Assembly: GCA_951406725.2 (NCBI GenBank)
Contig: OX597820.1
Coordinates: 6,510,001 to 6,574,000 of the forward strand
Direction of reading: 5' to 3'
From: Octopus vulgaris
Taxonomy: Eukaryota
DNA: 64,000 bases
The translations under genes and the position numbers were made by a program. Below the pieces are notes generated by a model. It was not told the origin of the DNA, did no database searches, and worked only from the letters and a program-made list of their open reading frames with translations. This document shows positions 41,861-55,237 of the stretch, in pieces; position 1 is the first letter of the stretch; every line of letters begins with the position of its first letter.

Positions 41861-42477
41861 GTCGCTTTTGCCGCATTTTGCCGCTCCTTGTCACCGTAAT
41901 AACATATTTACTTTCTTTGCTATGATCTCCGTTTAGTCAGAGAAAGATGCAGTTTCTAAAGCAAGAAGGGACGAGCACATTCATTGGAAAGGGGTGCTAC
42001 AGAATCTTTAGTAAAACCGACACATTAATTTGCAAGCAATACAGAAATAAATACATAAAAAATGAAAATGAATTGACATAAATGAAAGCTAAGAAAGGTA
42101 GTCCACCTTACGAGGGTGAAAAAGAACCATCCAGGTTGTTTTAAAGTTGGTCATGAAATTCCTGGCTTTGGAATCTGTAACTTCCGATATAACTGGAAGT
42201 ATTATATGTCGTTAGGGTAGACTGCTACCAGTGTCTGCCATTTAGGTCTTGCACAAAATCAAATTTTCTCTTTTCAAATGCTGCAGATGAAACATTAAAG
42301 CTTTCAACGTTAAGGAATATGAACTTCATGCTGTATCAGAACGCATTCGCTTCCGCTTTACGCGTTTGGCTCATCTTAAGTCTGGACTAGCTTTTCGTTT
42401 CCTGTGTCTTCTTTTTATATTTGAATTATCCAAAGAGCTCATCATTTTCCCGACCACCTTCCGCTCATCACCGCATA

Positions 42478-43280
42478 ACATAATTCCTCATCTCTTAAAT
42501 ATAGAACTGTATTAATTGAGACATCAAAACATTGTCCTCTGTAACATTTTGATTTCGGGAACCTGACCTTATCGTTATTTTCTCATCCATCCTTTAAAGA
42601 GCAAGTATCTGATTTATATAATTATCTAATTATAGAAATATCTGATTTATAGAATCATAGTACTATTAGATCAACCCACTTCGACTTACTGGTATTTAAT
42701 TTTTGGCACTGAGTATCAGACATATTCTCTGTTATTTTCTGAGTTGCGATCAGTGATTCTCTGACAGTAGAGGCTTCTGGGATGTCCTGCCCAGTTTAAC
42801 ACTCTTCATCGCATGACTGCTTTCTTTAATTCGCTGCTTTTCATCCCTTCTGGACTCATCACGTGGTTCTTTTGGTCACTCACAGTAATTCAATTGCATC
42901 CTCTACGACATCCTTCAAATAGCTTTTCTCCTTATAACTAAAATGCAGCACATAAGCAGTGGCGGGGGAGGGTGTGTGGATCAGGAAATATATTTCTTGA
43001 ATTATTCCCTAAGACACCCAATGAAGGCTGGAGAGTATATCAGCCGAAACGTTGAGTTAACAACAAACAAGATGAGGACAAATATTCGTCAAATGTAAAT
43101 AAAGTACATAATTCCTCATCTCTTAAATATAGAACTGTATTAATTGAGACATCAAACATTGTCCTCTGTAACATTTTGATTTCGGGAACCTGACCTTATC
43201 GTTATTCTCTCATCCATCCTTTAAAGAGCAAGTATCTGATTTATATAATTATCTAATTATAGAAATATCTGATTTATAGA
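42478..43280 (+). repeat. 175-bp near-identical direct repeat (42478-42653 and 43106-43280)
   Basis: The two copies differ by one indel and one substitution on visual alignment. Confidence 0.92.
43013..43058 (+). ncRNA. Degenerate minimal hammerhead of the 62.7-63.2 kb family
   Basis: gacac CCAATGA a ggctg...cagcc GAAAC GTT gagtt, with the core mutated. Confidence 0.55.
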
Positions 43281-43762
43281 TTCTTAATTTCATACTACTT
43301 CAAACAAATCAGATTTTTAAAAAACTGAGTATACCTGACCCACGTCATTTTACACATAAGAGGAAGACAAGCAATACCATTTGGAAATCGCTACTAAGTT
43401 CCAATTGGAAAGGAGAGGTCTATTCATTAAAGGATCAATGTAAATTAACGATAATTTATGCTTGAAAATGATGGTGAAATTAACCGACTATTAATTATAA
43501 CGACAATCAGTAACTTGGTACGGAAGACCGAAACAGTATTTTAAATAACAGACACAATGACAATGGTTAAATTATTCAAATTCATGGTCCAAACTTTAGG
43601 AAATACACATGTTGCTAAGATAAAAGAAAGTAGGCGCTGGACACCTTTTATGTGGAACAGCTCCAATAACAAAATCTTTTCAAAACTCTGGGCGTATCCA
43701 GGGCTTGAATGTTGGTACGCTGTTATGTGGGGAAAAACACACAACCATATATTTAATAAATG

Positions 43763-43813
<51 letters not shown>

Positions 43814-44177
43814 TTCATTTAGACTCGCTACCTAATTGATTTGGTAACTTTCATTTCAAATTTCAGCACAAGGCTATCAAGCTCTGGGAAGCAGGTCAGC
43901 CAATTAAATCGACTCCAGCATTCAACTGGTACTTATTTTATCGCCTCCAAAAGGGTGAAAGGCAAAGTCGGGCGAAATGCCACTAAACATTTTGCACGGC
44001 ATACTAACGGTTCTGCTACCTCGCCACCTTAATGAATAGTAATGAACCTAATAATGGTGGTGATGATGATGATTATGATGACCTAAATATAGAAATGCAA
44101 CCTAACGGATATAGCAGTAGTAGTAATATCCGTGTTGCTACAATGGCTATGTATAGTAAAATGATTATTCACAATTA

Positions 44178-44341
44178 TAGGCGCAGGAGTGTCTGTGTGG
44201 TAAGTAGTTTGCTTATCAACCACATGGTTCCGGGTTCAGTCTCACTGCGTGGCACCTTGGGCAAGTGTCTTCTACTATAGCTTCGAGCCGAACAAAGCCT
44301 TGTGAGTGGATTTGGTAGACGGAAATTGAAAGAAGCCCGTC

Positions 44342-44421
<80 letters not shown>

Positions 44422-44640
44422 ATGTGTGTGTGTGTGTGTGTCTGTGTTTGTCCTCCCCAACATTGCTTGACAACCGATGGTGGTGTGTTTACGTCCCCGT
44501 AACTTAGCAGTTCGGCAAAAGAGACCGATAGGATAAGTGCTAGGCTTAGAAAGAAAAGTCCTGGGGTCGATTTGCTCGACGAAAGGCGGTGCTCCAGCAT
44601 GGCCGCAGTCAAATGACTGAAACACGTAAAACAGTAAAGG
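44178..44640 (+). mobile_element. Family B SINE, full length
   Basis: tRNA-like head, ccttgggcaagt segment, internal (TA)/(TG) run and tail ggcggtgctccagcatggccgcagtcaaatgactgaaac. Confidence 0.92.
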
Positions 44641-45541
44641 GTAACTATTATACTAAAGATCACAAATCTCGATTGGAAATGAGCCTTCTTGAAAACTGCA
44701 CAACCTTGTAACAGGATTTTCTACATCGACTCCGACAGAACATATTTGAATAAGCAACGGCGTAATAAAGCCGCTCCAGGCAGGCCCAGTCAAACGATCT
44801 TAATTATTTTAAGAAAAAACAACCACTTTCTACTCCTATGAATTTCTTTCTTAAACTACAATATGAAAATACGACGGACCATTCTCATTCTGACAAATCT
44901 CCAAGTATAATACGGTAGGAATATCCTTCAAGACATAAGAGGGATTCCCAGCGTACTAATTACCGACCTATCGTTACCATATTACGACATTACTTTATTA
45001 GAAACAACATATATTGCTTAATTAACTCTAGTAATTGTAATAAGGCTGAGCACATTCATTAAAATTCGTTATTGTTAAAATTAAAGCTCTTTTTATTCCG
45101 TTGTGGAATAATATTATTCATAACTTTGTGGTGGATACGTGACTCCCGTATCTGTCATAAAGTGGTTTTATGGCTATCAGTAATATAATCTCATAAAAAA
45201 ATCTCATTAGATATAGTAAAACTCTATCCTTCTCTAACGAAAAAATATTCTCCAAAAATTGTTATATTTTAATGTTTTGTGCTTCATCAATGAATCTAGC
45301 ATCAGGATTATTACGCCTGCAAGGAAATCTCTTTTATACTTTAGCAGGTCATTTAGGGGTCAAATGAACGTTGACGAACTTTTGATGGCACCATGTGTAG
45401 TAATTAGGGGACATAATTATGTTAAATATTTTTTGAAGGTGGTTTATTACGATACGAGGGATTAAAAAGTGATCGAAATATGAACGGTTATTGATTAAAT
45501 GGATTTAGTAAAAGACATCATAATTAGACGTAAGGATTACG

Positions 45542-45544
<3 letters not shown>

Positions 45545-45633
<89 letters not shown>
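45545..45633. repeat. (AAT)n microsatellite
   Basis: Direct reading. Similar arrays at 43765-43813 and 52550-52631. Confidence 0.95.
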
Positions 45634-45634
<1 letters not shown>

Positions 45635-45899
45635 CTGTGTGTGGTTAATTGTCGGAATATCTTTTTAACTCGTAGAAATTCCGAACAAACCTACCACAAA
45701 TTAAAAAGAAACCTTTCATGTAACAACATAATTCGTGTATCTTGTATATAGCATTAGTCAACACGCATTCCATTTACCTTCTGACGAGGCCTTTGTGAAG
45801 GGTACAACACAAGATAAAGAATTGATAATGTCGGTCTGACGACAAACTTGATTGCATAAAAGATAAATATTATAATTAAATATCTAAAAGGAGAACAAT

Positions 45900-46800
45900 T
45901 AATCTGCGATGATTTAATCCACAGCCACTAGATTGAGAAACGTGTCTTTTATGGTTACAGATATTGAACTTTATAAGTTTGCATTTGTGGAGCACAAAAC
46001 CTCTTAAATTCAGCAATTCTTGTGCCGTTGACTATTCAATCTCTGTTATAGTTTCCCACCGAAATAATATAATTCCCACTAGTTCCTGAACCTGTAATAA
46101 CCCAGCAATTCGTCTTTTTAATAGTAATGACCTTTGAAGGTCTGTCATTGTAAAAACATCTCGCTCGATGATAACACTGCTCTTAAATCCAACATTTAGC
46201 TTACATTAAATTCCTTTAAAACAAAATATAATCAACACTGACAAGTATTTGCGTTACAAAATATTCTCATCTTTTTTAATAAAACGTCTCCACTATAGCT
46301 ATACCTTCAAAAATTATGAATACTTTTATCGAAATCTCTTTGGTCCTTAATACATACACAGTTTATGGTTTTTAAAATTCACTTACCAAACATTAGTTTT
46401 TCTATAATGATATTAATTTTCGGTTCATTGTATGCAATCCTCATTGTCTCCGTGTTCAACTGTAAAGCTGATAGCAATGGTTTCAATAAAAAGTTTGAAT
46501 TTTTCAATTCGGGCTAACTTTACGCGAAATTATGATTGGAGAATCTTATATTTTATCTTATATTACCCACAAGGCAATTAATGTTAAATATAATGGAAAA
46601 TATTTTCTGGTAGGAATTTTTTCCTGGAAAATATTACTTTTCTCACTTTTTAAACTTTTCGCATTTGAGTCAACTACCATGTGCTGTCCGTTATCGGCAA
46701 GAAAAACGCTATTTATATTCGAGTTAATTATTGTATATCTTACCTTTTATATCATTATTATATCTTCATTTAGTAATTTGTTTTTCTCGCATTGATAGCA
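45900..46800 (-). pseudogene. Possible decayed PLE linker/GIY-YIG region
   Basis: 18-nt identity cattgtatgcaatcctca (46426-46443 = 16682-16699) encoding MRIAY/LRIAY. Downstream ELLNLRG..HKCK resembles a PLE C-terminus. Confidence 0.35.
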
Positions 46801-47262
46801 TTACTGTGTGTTTTTAGCAAAGTTACTTCCAAAAATAAACATTTATATTAAAATAACAGTAAATGTGCAAGAGAGGTTGCACGAAAAAATCCATGTATAC
46901 TCACAATTTTAAATTTTGATGTTCTAAAATTGGTAAGAAAATACCCGGAGTAACGTTTCTGAAGTTTGAATCATACATATAAATTTTGTTTGTATGTATG
47001 TATTATGTATGTATGTATGTATGTATGTGTACATGTATGTGTGTGTGACTGTGTATGCGTGTATGTGTACATATGTATGTTTTATATATATATGTATATA
47101 TATATATATATGTCTTATATACATATATGTATATATACGTAAACATATGTATATATACATAAATATATATATATACATAAATATATATATATATATACAT
47201 AAATATATATATATATACATAAATATAGGTATATATACATAAATATATGTATATATACATAA

Positions 47263-47391
<129 letters not shown>

Positions 47392-48680
47392 GAAAAAGGA
47401 AGCAGCCAGAATTTTGGACCATCATTTATTAGCGCTTTCGTTCGGTTTTCGAACTCAAGACAAAATCAAAATTGTAAAAACAGATTTCATTTTTCATTTA
47501 TATGAATAGGATGCTTTGTTGGGGGTGGGGTGAGAATATTGTTTTGTTTTTTTGTTTTGAAAAAAAGGGGGGAGAGCGAGAGAAAGAAAAGCAAAGAGGC
47601 GGCGAATAGACAGAAATGATCATATATATATATATATATATATATATAGGGATTTTGACAACTATTGTTCTTATAGAACTTACATATACCTGAGAAAGAA
47701 TACTAGAACCATTTTACCACTGATTAGGAAAGATATCTAATGTAGCTACTTGGCAAAGTAATTCGTGAAAAGATCCCTATTGAATTATCTTATCCAAGCA
47801 AGCAAGAGAAAGAAAAATAGATCCTACAAAAGGAGAAAAGATACTAAAAAAAAAACAACATTTAAGCAGGCCCTGCTTTATCATATAATCTATATTGTAC
47901 AGAGTAGCTTCCAGCTAAATATACGTGAAAAATTCATTTATGAGCTTTGATTAAATGTACTCGGAGAATAGATTGAATTAGAAACAGTACCAGAATACTT
48001 TTTAAAATGCTGACTTTATTTTCCTAATTTCTGAATATTGTACTAATATTTAATGTTTCTTCATGCATAACATAGAATTACACAGAATATGGAACTTGGC
48101 TATTCAAATGTAAAGGAATATACATTTTCATAGGGGCGCTTTTTTAATTTTTCAGTGATAGCCGCACCCTTCTCCATTTTCTTATTTCTTTCATTCTATT
48201 TCCTAAAATTGACATTTTTGAAAGGTCACCAGGCCTTGTGAGAAAATGTGTTTTGTCACAATTATGTCGACAGGTATATAACAGAAAGAAAAAAGAAACG
48301 AGAAAGAAAAAAGAAATATGCTTGGAAATGAAATTTTTATGAATTGACCGCATCAAAATGGAACAGAAAGTTTTTTCTCTCTCTATCTATGCTTTCTCAC
48401 CCTTTTTATTATTTTTTCTCCTCTTTCTTGGCTGTCCTAAAACCTCCCTCTCTCTCTCTCTATCCATTTCCCTCTCTTTACTTCTCTCTCTCTCTCCTCT
48501 TTTTAAAAATAAGCAGAAACAATATTCTCCTCTTCTGAACAAAGCAAAAACTCATCCGATTCATATAAAAGAACAACGAAATGTTCCGTATTTAACATTT
48601 TGATTTTGTCTTGGCGAGTTCGAAAACCGAACTCAAGCGCTAATAAAGGATTATCCAGAATTCTGACTGCCCCCTTTTTC
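47392..48680. mobile_element. Foldback/MITE-like element with long diverged terminal inverted repeats
   Basis: 47392-47474 is the reverse complement of 48596-48680 (ttattagcgct..gttcggttttcgaactc..aagacaaaatcaaaa). Similarity continues to ~47560/48500. Confidence 0.8.
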
Positions 48681-48993
48681 CCATTATTCAATATCTGTAC
48701 CCCACTTCAAACATTATGTTTTGCAAACAACTTGCACATGCAAGTGCAACTAGTGGTGACCTCCGCATACAAGAAGACAACAAGTGTATGAGGTCATCCG
48801 CGGAAAAAGCGCACCGTTTCAGGGCCTACCTCTCGACAGCATGAATACACACCACCCAACCTACAACTGATATGAGGCCCCGCTTGCTAGATCAGCTGCT
48901 TATTAAATAAAGCTCAATATTCTTCTAGCCATCGCTCAGCGTCTCTTTTTAACCAAATGCAGTCGATAGATATATGGAGGGATCGATAGATAG

Positions 48994-49039
<46 letters not shown>

Positions 49040-49103
49040 ATATAAGTGTGTATACACACACATACACATGTACATACGTATGAAGGGAGATATGGCGGGT
49101 TTA

Positions 49104-49166
49104 TAGGGTTACCGGAGGTTTCAAATCCATAAAGCGCTTGCATTTACAGCGTTTCTTCAGACCCTA
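49104..49166 (-). ncRNA. Type I hammerhead in the 3' region of a PLE
   Basis: Minus strand: tagggt CTGAAGA aa...tt GAA ACC tcc GGT A acccta. Core and stems I and III intact; stem II weak. Confidence 0.65.
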
Positions 49167-49317
49167 AAATCCGTTGGCCTATGGTGTCTCCCTAGCAAAT
49201 TGCCTCTCTAGAATACAGAGGAGGAAGAGACCTAGTTACTGTTTGTCAACAACAGGAGATTGTCTCCCTGTGGCCTCTATCCGTGATTAACTCTGTTGGT
49301 TTGTGGGGTTCATGATG

Positions 49318-49512
49318 TTAGCAGGAATTCCTGAAATGCAAGCAGGGTCCGAAATCTGCGGAGTTAAGGATGTTCTCCGAGTCAAGCGAGTCGTTTAATA
49401 TCCTCATCTGTTTAGCTAAGCATAGCTTACAACATTTGATCCCGTTGATGTAGGAGACTGAATTTTCTAGGATCTTCCATGACATTACATGTGGAATTCC
49501 TTCGTCTTTCAG
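49318..49512 (-). pseudogene. C-terminus of a Penelope-like GIY-YIG endonuclease
   Basis: LKDEGIPHVMSWKILENSVSYINGIKCCKLCLAKQMRIL...ILNS..CLHFRNSC*, matching the WxI..Y..CxLC..LN..CxH pattern. Confidence 0.8.
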
Positions 49513-49839
49513 CCGGATTTGTTCGACTGAAGGCGGTGCTCCAGCATAGCCGGGGTCAAATGAATGAAATACATAAAAGAATAGTGTTAAACTAATCCAT
49601 CTGTTTGTCGTTTACACATCCGGCATTCTCTTTTGTTTTGTCTGTTAATACCAACTCTCTCTATATATATATCAAACCCAAGCAGTTTATTCGTTTATTT
49701 GCAATGTATTTTTACCCTGTTTTCTCTCATAGCCACTCCTTATTCTGTGGACTTAGTCCTCGGCAAACGTTTAGGAGTAGGAGTTCAAATCATATCTATT
49801 CATATCTAATTTGAGAACCCCACCTCTCTCTCTTTTATA

Positions 49840-50636
49840 TAAAACTTAGAACTTACATAAAACTTAGATATGTTTCGACCAGAGATTGGTCCAGGCCATG
49901 TCTAACTTAATAGCACCACCTGATAGGATTATTCGAATCCTGTTTAAGTCAAGTTTTGTTCAAGTAGTGAGTTCTTGTTGGGTGAGTTGTACCCAGTTTT
50001 GTTCAAGTAGTGAGTTCTTGTTGGGTGAGTTGTATCCAATTATGGGTGGCTTATCTGGTATTCTTTGAAGGAATCTATCCAGACTCTGTTTGAAGTTGAT
50101 GGGATCCTTTTCCTCTTTGATCTCCCCAGGGACAATGTTAAATAGGGCAGGGCCTGTTGAGGAAAAGAAATTATGTTGCAGTGTACGTGTATGTTGTGAT
50201 CTTGAATTTGGCAGGGGACGTAGTGGTCCAAGTCTTGGATGAACCTTGAAGCTAATGTTTAGGTCGTTTGGGCAAAGTTGGCGGTATATTTTCCACATCG
50301 TACAAATGATGTACCGCTCACGGCGACGCTGGAGGGAGTAAAGTTTCAAGGCTTTAAGGCGATCCCAATAATCGAGAGCAGCCATGCTTTCAATTTGTTT
50401 AGTGAGAGCCCTCTGGGGTGACTCAATTCTGGAGATGTTTTGTCTTGTGTGAGGAAACCACAGTGGGCAGCAGTATTCAAGGTGTGGCCGTACAAAGGAG
50501 GAAAAAAGTGGTATGATGACACCTTGTTCTCTGGACCGGAAAGTTCTTAAGATCCAGGAACTCATCCTACGAGCTATATCGACCTTCTTGTTGATGTGTG
50601 CACTCCAACTGAGATCGTCATCAACAATTACACCCA
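49840..50636 (-). mobile_element. CR1-like LINE 3' portion (second family)
   Basis: Open frame GVIVDDDLSWSAHI..VRPHLEYCCPLW..LYSLQRRRERY..GPALFN. A ~41-bp tandem duplication lies near 49952-50034. Confidence 0.92.
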
Positions 50637-50728
50637 TATATATATATATAAGCATGCACCACCGCACACCATATACATGCACACGTATAGAAGCATATTT
50701 ACACAAATACACGCATCCATTTGAATAT

Positions 50729-50771
<43 letters not shown>

Positions 50772-51295
50772 TGTCCATATCTACGCATGGGCGAGTGTGG
50801 CTGCCTGCATGTGAGCGAGTGCGATAACCTTAGTATTTTCTCGAGAAGAAATAGCTCAAGGAGGCCTGGATTAGATGCCAATCGGATGTCGTTCCACTTA
50901 CCTTGCTAAATGACTTATCAAAGGAACAACTTCACAAAACTTATTCGTTATGCAGAAAAAGACAAAAATATAGAAAATCTCACCGAAGATCTTCTTTAAA
51001 GAATTTTTTTTTAATGAACTATTCTTTCGACATTCGAATATGCGGTTCTGTTTGAAGAGATTTGTTTGCGTGTATATATATGTATGTATATGTATATATC
51101 TGAACCCAAACATATATACGCACATGCAAAGGCACACCCATATTCTCGTATATTTATATATATATATATATATAACGTTTGCAAATATATTATATGTATA
51201 TACGTATGGGATTGTATTATATACATATATATATATGTGTCTGTGTGTATCTTTATATACATAGGTATATCTCCTTAAATTTCATACATATATAA

Positions 51296-51326
<31 letters not shown>

Positions 51327-51688
51327 GACGAAGACATAGATATGTATACACATGGAAGTATATAAACAAATGCGTGTATATGTGTGTGTATATAGGTACA
51401 CACGCACATACACACGCGCATGCACACACATATATATTATACGTGTGCAGTCATATTTAGCACATCCGAACTCAAACCTTTGCAGAACTCTGTACGTGGT
51501 TCTTAATGTCGGTTTTGCTGTTGTAAAAGACAAAAAGCGAAACACAATAAGACGAAGCAGATCATATCATGTGTGAAATACAAAGCTAAGAGAAGCTGTG
51601 TTCAGTAGTGATACATTCTCACATCGTTATATAGCTGGTGTGTGTGTGCATATGTGAGGGAGAGAGGAGGTAGCGGAGAGTGAGATTA

Positions 51689-51719
<31 letters not shown>

Positions 51720-52209
51720 CTAAAAGGGAGAGTGAATATCAGATAAAAATACAGACACAATATACAGACATATATATCATATATATATATATATATATAT
51801 ATGCATATATGTATATATATATATTTGCATATATATATATATGTATATATATATATTTGCATATGTATGTATATATATATATATATATATACACATATGC
51901 AAGTAATAGCGTATACACATATATGCAAACGTGTGAATATACATACATAGATATATATAAAGATGTACATACGCACTGACCCACATGTACAAACATGAAT
52001 ATATATATGCATTTATATACATATATGTACATACATACTTACACATACATACCTACGTACATATATATATATATGTTTGTGTATATATATGTATACATAT
52101 ATATATATACATATACATATATACAAAACGGCCTAGAGTTACATCTGCATATTTGACGATTAACACCCGACTGCTGGAAAATGTAAAACCCCTCGGGGTG
52201 ATATGTATG

Positions 52210-52297
<88 letters not shown>

Positions 52298-52375
52298 CAT
52301 ACACATATATATATATATATGAAAAAATCAAGACAAACAATAACAGTGGTGATGATGAAGATAACGATGATGATG

Positions 52376-52414
<39 letters not shown>

Positions 52415-52548
52415 TTTCAATCATAAGTACTTGAAAGAAACGAACACCATCGCAAACTCCCAATAGACATTTTTGCAAACACCTCAAGAAACAAGGTGGT
52501 GCACCTGTTGGTGCCTAACTATCATAACATTGTTCAATAACAAATAAA

Positions 52549-52632
<84 letters not shown>

Positions 52633-52987
52633 TATTTCCTAAAGACAATGGTTTTTATATATTTTCTTTCAACATTCAGATAATGCTAGCGTCTCTAAAA
52701 TTGTAATCTACAGTTTCTATCTCAACATGTTCACATGCCTTCGTGCGCAGTAACATTTTCTAGAACATACACGACAAGAGAGCGAAGATATGTCAAATAT
52801 TATGGATGCACCTGCTTGCATGCTTGCATCTGCTCACACATACCACCAAATACATGCAGTTTTTTTTCGTGCATTCTACCTTGCATACAACAAACACGAG
52901 CAATGTTATTATGGCAGATAGTTTATAATAGCTACAAGGTTAGAAATGCATACGCATTTTCAATGATTGTATATGTATATGTTTGCA

Positions 52988-53083
<96 letters not shown>

Positions 53084-53157
53084 TATATATACATATATGC
53101 ATGTGTGTGTTTCTGTACATGTATGTATATGAAATATTTATATGTATGTACGTATTC

Positions 53158-53192
<35 letters not shown>

Positions 53193-53212
53193 TATATATA
53201 AATATACATATG

Positions 53213-53259
<47 letters not shown>

Positions 53260-54802
53260 TCACATATATGTGTGTGTTTGTATGTATGTTTATGTGTTTA
53301 TATATATTTATATACATACATATGCATATATATATATATATATATATATGTATAATATGTATAAATATTTACATGTGTGTATATATATATGTATAAATGA
53401 TATATTTGAAATTACACAAAGTAAACTGAACTACTCAATACATTCATTTGCTGAAATATAAGTGAAACATTACAGATGAAATTTAGCCACATAGGTTTCC
53501 TGTTCCCTTTATGCCATAAAAGCCCTTAGAGGCAAACTGTCATATATTCCTTAAAATGAATGGGATCCTTATGGTTCCGTAAATTTAACATCTTATTGGT
53601 TGTCTTCCTGCCGAGTGGGAATATTTTAGATAATATATATATATATATATATATCAGCCCATCCTTCAATCTACCCGCCCATCTTCCCTCACTCCATCCA
53701 TCTATCATTGCATCACTCTATCGATCCTACTATTCATGTAGCCATTTATTCATCCCTCTATCTATTTATCCATCAATCCATTCATCCGTCCGTTTTTCCA
53801 TCCGTCATCAATGTTACGGCCATCAACGTAACGGACATCCGAAGAGTTTCAAACGAACTTATCAGAAACTATCGAAGTAGGTGATATATCTATTTTACAG
53901 GTCGATAATAAGTTTACGAAGGCTCCGGTGGAAGAGGCAATGTGTCTAATTGAATGCGATGCTCTATGATGTCAGGATTCTTTGAATGCGTCTGTTCCTC
54001 ATTTTGACATATAGGAAACAACATTTATCCATTGTCAGGGTTGTCTATGTGAATCTCCACAATTACTTCTGCGAGGAAATGTAAACCGTTATCCGCTATG
54101 ACGGATCTAACAATCCAGCCCTTTTTTCTTCAAATACTAACAGTTATGAGAACCTCAGTTGGTCGAGCAATCAGCTGCAGCCTTAAAGCCATATTTAAAT
54201 ACGAAACACTGAAATTCGGAAACAAATATGATAACTTTGAAGATATGTTACGATGATTCAGTTTTCTTTTTCTTCATGTCTTTTGCCTAAATTGTCGGCG
54301 ATGTTTAACTCTTCTCTTTCATACACAACACAGGGTTGTGTTTGTTTCTGTAGCCAGTTAATAAAGTCAGTGAATATTCGGTTACATTTTTTTTCCCAGT
54401 TTGCTTCTTACAGAATTATCTCCTTCAAATACTAATATACTTATGTCTCACTGTATTTTGCTATACTAATGTTGTCATCTAATGATTTCTCGATAGATCT
54501 CCAAGGTGTTGGAAATTAGGTTATGTGAATTAAACCACGCAGCATATTACATTCGCGATTATATAAAAGTTACAATTGACTCCAGAATGGAAAATGGGGA
54601 CACGACCGTAACTATAACGGACAATGAATTATAGACAGATAGCTAAACTATCAACGGAACGACCGAATCGTGAAAACTCCACTCAAATTACAGAAAAAGT
54701 GTGATGAACACTTTAACGATTAGAGAAAATTCAGCAATAATAGAAATAGTTAAATACAAGATCTTAATGAAAGAAATATTAGAAAAACTATGGCGTTTTA
54801 TT

Positions 54803-55237
54803 AATATTTCTTTATTGCCCACAAGGGGCTAAACATAGAGGGGACAAACAAGGACAGCCAAAAGGATTAAGTCCGTTACATCGACCCCAGTGCGTAACTG
54901 GTACTTAATTTATACGACCCCGAAAGGTTGAAAGGCAAAGTCAACCTCGGCGGAATTTGAACTCAGAACGTAACGGCAGACGAAATACCTATTTCTTTAC
55001 TACCCACAAGGGGCTAAACATAGAGGGGACAAACAAGGACAGACAAAGGGATTAAGTCGATTATATCGACCCCAGTGCGTAACTGGTATTTAATTTATCG
55101 ACCCCGAAAGGATGAAAGGCAAAGTCGACCTCGACGGAATTTGAACTCACAACGTAACGCAGACGTTGTGAGTTCAAATTTCGTTGTGAGCTCAGTTTTT
55201 CGCCCGGCGTGCTAACAGTTCTGCCAGCTCGCCACCT
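54803..55237 (-). mobile_element. Family C SINE with tandemly duplicated 3' body
   Basis: Units at ~54805-54988 and ~54990-55165; head ggtggcgagctggcagaa at 55220-55237. Confidence 0.9.

Noticed and set aside
45775-45850. CTGACGA ggcc...ggtc CTGACGA-like motif
   Set aside because: There is no GAAA..UH after the putative stem II.
54050-54140. Minus-strand peptide GWIVRSVIADNGLHFL resembling a DDE integrase/transposase motif
   Set aside because: It is a single short motif bounded by stops, with no corroborating motifs.
54606-54620. CCGTAACTATAACGG matches bacterial/plastid 23S rRNA near the I-CeuI site
   Set aside because: Only 15 nt match and the flanks do not continue (no TCCTAAGGTAGCG), so it is treated as chance.
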